Shown: piece by piece, positions 23,831-33,000 of the stretch
Numbering within the stretch: position 1 is the stretch's first letter
Layout of the letters: each line of letters begins with the position of its first letter
Origin: Dicyema japonicum
Lineage: Eukaryota; Animalia; Dicyemida
NCBI GenBank assembly: GCA_011109175.1
Contig: RDEW01000049.1
Location: forward strand, 114,157-147,156
Length of the DNA stretch: 33,000 nt
Direction: 5' to 3'
Notes under the pieces: model-generated
The model's input: the letters and a program-made list of their open reading frames with translations, nothing else
Database searches by the model: none
Told to the model about the DNA's origin: nothing
Translations under genes and position numbers: made by a program

Positions 23831-24597
23831 CAAAGAAATAGAAAAATTGAAAAAAAACTAGTAGAGATTCCGACTCTTGATTAAGTCTTCAAACTTGACA
23901 AGGTTCACTGACCCTCTTAAAAGAGAACGCAACAGAACCATATCAAAATAAATAGAAGAGTGAAAGAATCGCCCGGCATATTTGGATAACTTGGCAAGTG
24001 AATGTTTGATGTGGTTAAACAATTATCCCGCAATATCAGTTCTTGTAAATGACGGAAAGGATGATATTACTACATCATTAAATACTTCATCTAAGGGCTA
24101 CTTTCTACTTTTTGGCTCCATCAGTTCTCAAAAGGTCTCATCAGATCCATTTAAATCATAAGACGTCAATCCAAAAAGGATCTCTCTTTTCACCCACATC
24201 AGAATACTTTACCCGGATGTATATAATCAAACGTTCGATTGGATGATAATTTATTGAAAGATTTAAGCAAGTGAAACACCTGCTTCTCAATCAAAGGGAG
24301 ATATAATATTCCAAATCCACAAATATTTTGATGATGTTTGGAGGAATCCTATTTATTTACCATGGAGTAATGATAAACTTAAATATATGGTTTATAATAT
24401 TCATTATTGAAGAAAACAAAAAGAAACGTCGTGACCATAACTGTTGTGTTATATGTCTATCAAACTCTAACGCATCCAACTTGCATATTGACCTACACTG
24501 GCATCATGCTTAATTAAATAATTACTACAGACTCTCGACTTTTATATTTACTCTGAAACCCCATTTAACAAATAGAAAGCATTAAACTATTTATGCA

Positions 24598-25300
24598 CGT
24601 TGTATCATCAGAATAAACACATTTGTTAATCTATAATCAAAAAAGTAGATAACCTTCTGTCGTTCCCTCTCCCAAATCATTACTAATTTTGGAGTTAATC
24701 CGTTTTTTTCGTGCCATCTTCTTGGCTCGATTTTTGCAAATAACATCTACAATGATGTAAAAATAAACCTGCGAACAATTGCTTTGATATTCCCACAATC
24801 TCCCTTCGACCTATATTTTAATTAACAACAAACGTCCACTGTGAAGATAATCTATCTTTCACCATTAACTGTATCCAATCCTACAATACTTACTCATTGG
24901 ATTTTTTATGTCCAGGGGGTCCTATCTCTGAAATTACTATCCTTCCCCNCGTTGTATCATCAGAATAAACACATTTGTTAATCTATAATCAAAAAAGTAG
25001 ATAACCTTCTGTCGTTCCCTCTCCCAAAACATAACTAGATTTGGGGTTAATCCGTTTTTCTGGTGCCATTTTCTTAGCTCGATTTTTACGAATAACATCT
25101 ACAATGATGTGTAAACAAACCTTCGAATGATGGATTTGATATTCCCACAATCTCCGTACCACCTATATTTTAATCAACAACAGACGTCCACTGTTCAGAT
25201 ACTCTATCTTTTCACCAATAAGAGAATCCAATCCTAAAACCCTAACTTTTTTAGATCTTCTATGTCCAGTGGGTCCTCTCTCTGGGATCACTATCCTTCC
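24598..25300. repeat. Diverged ~350 bp duplication across N at 24949
   Basis: 24598-24946 / 24950-25300; the first ~78 bp are identical and the remainder is roughly 15% diverged. Confidence 0.9.
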
Positions 25301-26010
25301 TCGAATTCCCTGATTAGACAATACCTAAAATATAAAAAACGGACAACCTCATTTATTCCACGGAATCTCTCTACCATTTCATCATAGTTTTCTAATTTCG
25401 TGAGTTTGATCATTGAATCATTCACTTTACGTCTTCTTTGTTTTTTATTATATTTTGGCTAAAATGAGCACAAATAAACTCTAATATTTTTCATATCACT
25501 CATCTTTATGTCAGTCATGACTTGTGCGTCTTTACAAGAAACACTACAGTTAGTTAATTTAATACATTTTCTTATTGGGAATATTCCGAACAGTTGAATG
25601 TTCATTAACATCTGAGTGAATTGGCTTATCACGAGACATTGAACTTTTCATTATCTTTGGTATAACCAATCTATCATCTGGACTTCCGACATTCCTTATA
25701 GGACTCACTAATACAACATAAATATGAATGGAACCTCTGGGGACAATAGAGTCATCCTCGATATTTTCCACTATCGTCTCTCTTCCAATATTATCATCCA
25801 TAGTCTCCACCAGCATAGTATTCGCCCCAGTATTATCTTCTATAATCTCCTCTAATAGGGTACCTTTCCTAAAATTCTTCTCTGTGTATCTTTCATTTCT
25901 TTGGTAATTTATTTTTTCCAAATATGCAGACTTTCTAGGAATTAAAACATCTTGTAGAGAAGACATCGAAGGTGATGGTATCCTAATATCCCCACGACTT
26001 TCGATTTTGT
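24600..26010 (-). pseudogene. Collagen (Gly-X-Y) gene remnant
   Basis: GIR-GRI..ER-GPT-GHR..GLD..GEK near 25210-25310. In ORF 25559..26026 every third codon is often GGN or one change from it (GDI, VPR-GSI, RNV-GSP-DDR). Short GT..AG candidates are interspersed. Confidence 0.55.
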
Positions 26011-26386
26011 TAGAAAATAAATTCAAAAATTGGATCTAAATATTATAAATAGGAATACAAAAGGAGGATCGTTATTTCGGGGATCTATTATTTTATTAAA
26101 AGTTTCATCACTGTCGACAGGGATACTGCAGTAATTGCCGTAATGTTTATTAACAAGTTGTTGTTTATCATCAGTAATACCTGTAAATGTAAATAATATT
26201 AGTTACTGTCAAGACGTATCAGTTTGTGTGTCCTAGCTAACCTTCCATTTCTATATTTTTTAACACGCTCACTGTCTCTCATCACAACAGAAAATAATGT
26301 CTGCCTAATTTTATTTATTTTATTAATTATTTTTATTTATTTATTTGACATTAATCAATTATTTTTATTTATTTATTTGACATTCT

Positions 26387-26490
26387 TTAATCATGTGTGG
26401 TGATGTTGAACCTAACCATGGACCAGTTTCATTTCAGCCAAAGTTGAAGATACTCCAGTTGAGCATAAACGAACTTTCCAAAAAAATGTG
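26387..26490 (+). mobile_element. 2A-like motif followed by the start of a LINE APE endonuclease
   Basis: LIMCGDVEPNHGP (26387-26425), then in frame VSFQPKLKILQLSINELSKK, like APE motif I (L.ILQ.N.NGL..K). Confidence 0.6.
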
Positions 26491-26510
26491 TTGATTTACA
26501 CACATTTTTT

Positions 26511-27677
26511 GGCTTGAAACAGTGCAAACTTCGGACCTTTCAAGATGGCCTTGGCCTCAAATCTTTTGCCGAAATTTCGCTCCTTGCCTTACTTTTTCGC
26601 AATCGTTGTGTGGACGTTTTTTGGCACTCACCAGAAAGAGTTAAGATTACCTCGGATTGAAATTCTTAAGGTGCTATTCAGTTCAAACTCAAAGTGATTT
26701 TTTGTCTCCTGTGAGAGCATCAGGCTTCATAATAAATTTGTCCGACAAAGATATACTAAAACATGTATTTACTTGGTTCGTTTCTTGAAATCCGCAATTG
26801 CTTCCTACACACCAAATTGGCATCAGGCTTCATAATAAATTTGTTAGACAAAGATATACTAAAACATCTATTTACTTGGTTCGTTTCTTGTAATCTGCAA
26901 TTGCTTCCTACACACTAAATTGTTTATTAAATCTCCTAGCCTTCTAGAAGACAAAGAAATCTTGGATACGGATATTTACTACCCTAGCGATTGGTTCGGA
27001 CAGCAGAGTTGTCTTCGAAGATAATGTTGTGTGTTCTCTTTAGAGACTAGTTGCTTGGAGCACTCCTATTTGACCTGACTGTGGATGATGTCGCATGCAA
27101 AGTGCTTTCTCTATTAAACGTATGGTATATGGATGAAGTGGAGGCCCTTATGACTCCGTCTTGATAGACATCTATGTCATTAACAACTCTAAGGAGACTT
27201 TGATTATCAACATCTCTATATGCGCCCAAGATTTAGTTTTCGTAGCCGGAGCTTTAGAGAACAGTTTACGAGATAAAGGATCGGGAAGTGGGTGAATTTT
27301 AATTCCTTAAGATTTGCTTTGGTGACGACAGAAAGCTCTTTTCTCGAAAAACTCTCTGCTACACTCTATATCAGAGAAACGCAAAAAAATTTAAGGTTGA
27401 ATCGACGATGCTTAGGATGTCCTATGCTAAGAATCCTTGATTCACACATGGGTTCTTCCTGCTGAAAAATTGTCTTTCTTACTCTTTGTTCTGGGATACT
27501 CGTCATCATTTAATCACAGGGACATCCTAAACACCATCAACTCAAATCCTTAGTGGAGGGAATTTTTTTATTTAGCTCAACGATCTAGGCTTGATACAGT
27601 GCAATCCCCGGACCTTTCAAGATGGTCTAGGCCTCAAATATTTGGCCGAAATTTTGCTCCTTGCATTTCTTTTTTCG
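26511..27677. repeat. Dispersed ~89 bp direct repeat (26511-26599 and 27588-27677)
   Basis: GGCTTGA.ACAGTGCAA...GGACCTTTCAAGATGG... is shared at about 85-90% identity. Confidence 0.85.
26717..26922. repeat. Tandem duplication, 103 bp unit
   Basis: 26717-26819 / 26820-26922; 6 mismatches. Confidence 0.95.
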
Positions 27678-27847
27678 TGTGCTTCATGTGTTTGCCTTTC
27701 GTCGAGATTTTACTCAACACTTTAAGATCTTTTCTTGAGAGTGTATCTCTAACTAGTCACGTAGCCGCTTTATTAGGGATAGATTTGTAGTGGGTGAACA
27801 ATTGAGAAATGATAATATGAGATTTCGTGTATTAATCTCAAACTTGG

Positions 27848-28070
27848 AATGCTGACAGTTACATGACAGATGGAATAATCATCTTTTTCGCGGCTGGGAA
27901 GCACCTAGTATGGAATGTCACGTGTATGAACAACTTCGCTTCAAATAACCTCCTTTAGAGTGTTGCCAATAACAGTTGAGCTCTGGGAAGGTCGAAATAT
28001 TGCTGGAAGTATGCTAACTTCTTGGTGAGCATAATGAAAGCTATAATATCTATAGCACCGCATGGGTAGG
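27848..28070 (+). mobile_element. CRE-like RLE domain fragment
   Basis: ADSYMTDGIIIFFAAGKHLVWNVTCMNNFASNNL...KYANF, compared with DGKRPDG.T.FP...G..LVWD.TC.DT.A.S...KY. Confidence 0.7.
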
Positions 28071-28129
28071 ACACGCATTTTATTTTAGAGTAAGGTCACG
28101 CAGTTATTTTAACTAAACATGGAAAAGTA

Positions 28130-28330
28130 GATAAAGCACGTTCATGACTTTTTCTTTTTGTTGTGTGTGAGCCCTTATAAACAATCTGGTACCGAGTGAG
28201 GTATCACTGATGATGACGTCCTTTGTCAAAACAAGAACCACCATATGTGGGTTGGACTCTCTGTCGGGATGGACAGCACCAAGATTTGAACATTTGGATT
28301 TTGTCCGAGATTTGAACACTGCGCAATACT
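28130..28330 (-). pseudogene. Possible ribosomal protein eL34 (RPL34) remnant
   Basis: GAVHP, RVQPTYGGSC (YGGS at 28234-28245) and FIRAH...EKVMNVL are collinear with RPL34 AVRP, VSRAYGGS and IKRAF...KIVVKVL; frameshifted. Confidence 0.4.
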
Positions 28331-28399
28331 CATGGTCAGAATAATATTTACTATCAGCATCACACGTGATCTTCAGAGTTTTTCAATTTTGGGCTGGAC

Positions 28400-28583
28400 G
28401 AGGTTCAAACCGGATTTTTTGTTTCCTAAATCTCCCGAGTCCTTAACGTAGTCAATGCTCACTAGAAAAAAGGAAGATGAAGTTTCCATAAGAGGTTCAA
28501 ACCGGACTTTATGTTTCCTAAATCTCCCGAATCCTTAACCTAGTCAATGTTCAATAGAAAAAAGGAAGATGAAGTTTCCATAA
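28400..28583. repeat. Tandem duplication, 92 bp unit
   Basis: 28400-28491 / 28492-28583; 6 mismatches. Confidence 0.95.
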
Positions 28584-29260
28584 CTCATGAAGCTAATTGT
28601 ACATTTCGTTTAATACAATAGAATCAACTTATTAGAATATCTGCAACTTACGAATCTTTCCAAAGTCATACACAAGCCCACTTAGAACCAAGATGTTGGT
28701 ACGTCAATACGTAACAGTTATAAAAATTCACAAAAAATGATCAATAAAGAATTGAGTGGTTTTATTTGGTGCCATCCGATCTTGAGACATGTGAACCACA
28801 TGACGCTGAGTTAACACCATCAGGACAAGGAAGATAAAACAGAATCTTTCACCCTTATTATCATTCGTGAATTGAATATATATAAATATCATTATTGTTT
28901 GGTATTTCGCAACAAAAGCACTTACATTCATGTTGGATCGTCCATGTTCAAGTTTATCAGTGTTTTGAGAGTAAAAGAATCAAACTCGGAACGTTGGAGA
29001 AATTGATATTTTTCAAATTGCTCATTTATTCACTCGTTATGGATGCATGTTTCCTCTCTCAGATTCAATGTGGAAATTTCAAAGTGTGACAAATTCTTGG
29101 ACCACTCACCCAGACATATATATCATATCTATCCCACTCATTCAGAAAGACTTATGGGAGCGTATAGTAATCGTGGTAGGCATTTGGAAGTAGTTATCCA
29201 TATGGTTAGTTTTAGTTAAGTAATTAACTAATATTTAACAAGTCAGATGGATAAATTCTT

Positions 29261-29548
29261 TTAAAGAATCATCATTAACACAACTCTCCATTAATATCTA
29301 ATAACACTTACCCTCTCACTTAACATTCATGGTTTATGCATCTTACTTCCCAGTTGAAAATCGTCGCACATACTCATTTTCCTTAGTTGGAAAGACTGCC
29401 CATATTAAAGAATCATCATTAACACAACTCTCCATTAATATTTAATGACACTTACCCTCTCAATTACCATTCATGGTTTATGCATCTTACTTCCCAGTTG
29501 AAAATCGTGGCACATAATCATTTTCCTTAGTTGGAAAGACTGCCCATA
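29261..29548. repeat. Tandem duplication, 144 bp unit
   Basis: 29261-29404 / 29405-29548; 6 mismatches. Confidence 0.95.
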
Positions 29549-29626
29549 TAACAATAATAAACATTCCATAAAAAAGCGATTCAGCCATTTAAATAAATTA
29601 AATACATTAAAATCAAACAATAACAA

Positions 29627-29968
29627 CAATCCTTTAATAACTTCAATTGGACGAAATTCGATACACTTTTTACTAATATATATGTATCCAATATCTAGGA
29701 ATCGTCTTTATGTGACAGGGAAGCCTCTTCCAATATCAACTTGGGAGAGGCCACTATGATAGAGATTACCTTCTGTCTCATTACTTCTAACACATCTTCA
29801 TCATCTCGCCTTCGCTCGGGAAAGAGTCTTTCCAGCTCCGTGATTCCTAATGTCTCAGAAAACCACACGTCTGTCCCAGTCAGCACATAGCTGCACGTGC
29901 CCATCGTCCTGGGCTAGCCATTCAACTACAAATATAAACTCTAGCAAACTTGATAATCAATGGGATCA
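29627..29968 (-). pseudogene. RTCB: RTCB (tRNA-splicing ligase) unprocessed pseudogene, 3' part
   Basis: PIDYQ|LNG*P..TMGTCSYVLTGT...ETLG, alternate frame HGAGKTLSRAKAR, then EDVL..ISIIVASPKLILEEA and final ISKKCIEFRPIEVIKG. RtcB has MGTCSYVLTGT/HGAGRALSRAK/VASPKLVMEEA/ISKKAIKLRPIAVIKG. 24-nt intron at 29926-29949. Confidence 0.92.
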
Positions 29969-29972
29969 TATA

Positions 29973-30011
29973 AGTCTCTTTAGCCTGACACCTAACCACT
30001 ACGCCACCCGG
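29973..30011 (-). other. tRNA-like 5' half (A-box), possibly a SINE head
   Basis: CCGGGTGGCGTAGTGGTTAGGTGTCAGGCT contains an A-box-like TGGCGTAGTGG; no B-box or cloverleaf follows. Confidence 0.3.
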
Positions 30012-30315
30012 ATAAAATTGATAAAATTATCTTATTTAAATGAATAAAACATGATAAAAATTACTTTTATCTTATTTTAATAAAATATAAAATAAAAAAA
30101 ATTCTAGCGTTACAGCACATAAATAGCCCTTATATTACTACACTTTATGAAGTGCCATATTAGCTATAGCTCCTTCTAAGCATAACACAATCTTAATGTT
30201 AAGTATAGAATAGTTATCATAACTAATCGATGAGAGAAAACCAAGGATTTTCATTTCTTTTTTCTTTTTGTTTTATAGAGACATTTTGTAGACGATCCGA
30301 GTCAGCTGGTAGAAT

Positions 30316-30685
30316 CACTAATGACGGCGTCACTCTTCAAGTCAAAGCTGACACAATAGGAATATCAATGTTTGACAGTGAATCAATTTCTTCGTGTTAA
30401 AGATATTACAATTAAAAATATGATCCCAAATATAAAAAGCCAATAACTCAAAATAAAAAAATAATTAAATCAAATATTACAACACTAATCAAATCATCTN
30501 CACTAATGACGGCGTCACTCGTCAAGTCAAAGCTGGCACAATAGGGATATCAATGTTTAACAGTGAATCAGTTTCTTCGTGTTAAAGATATTAAAATTAA
30601 ATATATGATCCCAAATATAAAAAGCCGATAACTCAAAATAAAAAAAATAATTAAATCAAATATCACAACACTAGTAAAATCATCT
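30316..30685. repeat. Tandem duplication, ~184 bp unit joined by N at 30500
   Basis: 30316-30499 / 30501-30685; about a dozen differences. Confidence 0.95.
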
Positions 30686-30719
30686 TATATTTATTAGCAG
30701 AAGTTCGAGTAAACACCAC

Positions 30720-31244
30720 CAATTCCTCCCACCCTTCGCCTAATCACCCAATGAAAGTCTACAAAAACAATCGCATCTTGGTCCGCGACGGCAAAAACGA
30801 TCTTCCAACATCGGCTGATTGAAATTCGTTTTGAAGACCTCATCATTCTTGTTAAGTAAAAAGCCGACGTGACAGTATTTTAGCAAAAATTTCATATTCC
30901 CCATAATTTGATTGTTCGCATTAATCATACCAATAAGTCATTACAACTCCTCCCTCCGTTTGTCCGTTAAACCGTGGATCCTCTTGAGCTTGCTTCTAAT
31001 ACCGCTCCTTTTCCTCTTTCTCTTTTTCAGCCTCCTCAATTCACGGATCCTCATCATTCATAAGCTACCTCATCATCCTAAGAACAGATGTCCATTAGCC
31101 ACATATAGCTAATTCAGTGGAAATATCCCCTCGGTTTTCATCTTCAATCATCCTTAACGTCGACTCCCTCTGGTCCTTAACGATATCTGACGTATTTCAA
31201 TCCTTCTCTCTAATTATTTCTTTTTCTCCAACTCCTGTAGACAT
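30720..31244 (-). pseudogene. Probable DNA polymerase alpha catalytic subunit (POLA1) 5' remnant
   Basis: VVMTYWYD*CE..YG.YEIFAKI (YWYD*CE at 30915-30935) resembles Pol1 FWLDYCE...LFGKV. It is preceded by an acidic DDEVAYE segment and an ATG at 31244. Confidence 0.5.
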
Positions 31245-31749
31245 TTCCTGTTTTCCCGTTGAATAAACACCGCTTTCAAAAGTGGAGACGGTACAAAAAT
31301 GCTTGTTTTATAATTTGAAACAATAATTTTCTCCACTACAAATAGAAAATGGAAAAGCTGTGGGATTGGAACATCTGGAGTGTGTTAACCTTTTCGTTAA
31401 TATAATAATCTTTCCGCAATGGACACCGTTGGAGCACTGAGACTTTGTTCCTACGATTATTTTTTAAAAATTCGCCAACCTAATCTCATCCCACTCAGAA
31501 AAACTCAAAGAGCTATGATAGCTAAGAATTCCAACGGTTTTCTTTTCAATCCCAAAGGGGATTATTCACACTGTTAGTGCTTCGACTTTCTAACTCTTAT
31601 TTTGTTTGTCGACTTTTGGAATGTCATATTCCAATATGGTTACACTAAAATAAACTTTACAATACTTAACTTTTTTTTTAATTTATTAAGCTAATTATAT
31701 TATTTTTTTAATTTATTAAATAAGTTAATACAGCGGCCCTTATTTACCA

Positions 31750-32450
31750 CCGTAACCGTATTGACAAGGGGTCACTTTTGATGGGGTGAACAGTGGCGTA
31801 GGTCATTCGGAGAGGGTTGATGCTTCTCCAATAGAATCTTGTAAGTACTAGCGGTTGGATTGTGTGGTCCGCCTGAGAGTGAGAGGCCTTACAATGCGAG
31901 TCGGGTTCCTCCTTCAAGCAACTTCGATTGTACAGTCCTTCTTAGGCGAAAAATCTCCGTTTCCCTAGTTGAACTCAAAATCTGAGTTGAACGGATGCAA
32001 AACGATGGGAGGTCTGTAAAGTGAGTTCCATCCATAAAGGCGCGGATGTTGTTCTTCATTTCAATCGAGAGAGACTGTTTCCCATTGCGATCTCGGGGGA
32101 GCCAAGTGCGAAAGTAGCAAAATAACACAGACGTACCCAGTCGTTTATAAAGTCGGAGTGGAGAACATCATCGATTGCTTTGGTTAAGGCTTCGGCAGCT
32201 AAGGGGTGTGCCGCTTTTGGGATCTTCACCGGGATACTCCTCAATGAACGGCGTTCATTGATAAGTTGAGTAGCGAATCTGGATCCAATTGGGAAAGGTC
32301 TTTTCCGGAGGTGCATACACTCGCGTGACCATTTGGAAACCCCCAGCCATTTCCAAGGTACGAGCGTCAGTGCCATATCCCAAGGGCGCGGATGGAGGCC
32401 TGAGAGAGCTTCAAACATCCGAAGTGAAAGAAGCCTCACATGGAGAACAA
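31750..32450 (-). mobile_element. CRE-like non-LTR element, region N-terminal to RT
   Basis: KIPKAAHPLAAEALTKAIDDVL...WVRL, SLSIEMKNNI, VQSKLLEGG..LAL and LLEKH.PSP follow the CRE pre-RT pattern; a degenerate CxxC..IRALG..LGNG finger lies upstream. Confidence 0.7.
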
Positions 32451-33000
32451 AAAATTCTGAACTTTCTCTACAAGGTTTTGAACTAAATCTTCAACAAGGT
32501 TCTGAACTACAGCGCTATGAACAGGTATTGCGTGAGGATTTGAAACTGTTGGATTTTTGGTTTAGAGGAGCTTCTTGGACCTAAGCAAACAAAAAAAAGA
32601 CGCACAGACAACTGCCATTCTTCTCAAAAGTGGATGATACCTAACTTGGGCATTACCCATGTATATGATTTCGGTTTATACATTTTGCGATAACCGTACC
32701 TCATACTTAATTTTCAAAAGAAGGAAGTCTGCAAAATTGTATTTGATCGATCATCGGGAAAGAGACAAACTAGCCACATAGAACCACATAGAGCCACGTG
32801 GCCAAAAATAAAATTATTAGCTAAATATTTTATGTAAAAACTGTGTATCCTTCGGCTTATTAACTAGATGGTTAATTAATATAGTTAGTCAACCTAACAT
32901 GATATAATAGTGAATTATTATTATTTAAGTCAAAGAAACACCGTCTACTGGATAAATACACGGATAAAGAAATTGCTCCCAGAACACTCGAGTCTATAAT

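Noticed and set aside
23950-24230. Further transposase remnants (hAT here and at 8600-9100; MULE-like at 4630-4800 and 29260-29400)
   Set aside because: One or two weak motifs each.
26700-27700. RNase H-bearing LINE C-terminus on the minus strand (IDVYQDG, IIFEDNSA); a similar hint at 28890-29110 on +
   Set aside because: Plausible but too degenerate to support without a profile search.
29973-30011. Functional tRNA gene
   Set aside because: Only an A-box-like 5' part is present; no T-arm/B-box or acceptor stem pairing.
30310-30340. Chaperonin motif ITNDGVT
   Set aside because: Seven-residue match only; the flanks do not follow CCT/HSP60.
2037-30685. CRISPR-like or satellite array interpretation of the repeats
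   Set aside because: Each repeat has only two copies, the units are unrelated to one another, there are no spacers, and the context is eukaryotic.

Overview
AT-rich eukaryotic (probably metazoan) DNA in which I find no intact gene. The window is a dense mosaic of 0.1-2 kb decayed pieces. (i) Non-LTR retrotransposon fragments of at least four groups: RTE/BovB and RTE/RTEX-like, I/Jockey-group, R4/Dong-like RT, and six CRE-like pieces. There are also hAT (Buster-like) transposase remnants and a possible Ty3/Gypsy remnant. (ii) Unprocessed, intron-containing pseudogene fragments of conserved host genes: RTEL1, RTCB and FRG1 (recognised confidently); POLA1, a collagen, DDRGK1, RPL34 and NCAPH (weaker); and a type I membrane protein. 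Their introns are only 21-28 nt, which together with collagen suggests a dicyemid-like animal (inference). (iii) Thirteen 85-350 bp near-tandem duplications, four next to single-N joins; at least some are probably uncollapsed haplotypes. Many fragment junctions carry TAA/TTAG-rich linkers. All protein identifications come from hand translation and remembered motifs, not database searches, and many boundaries are approximate.
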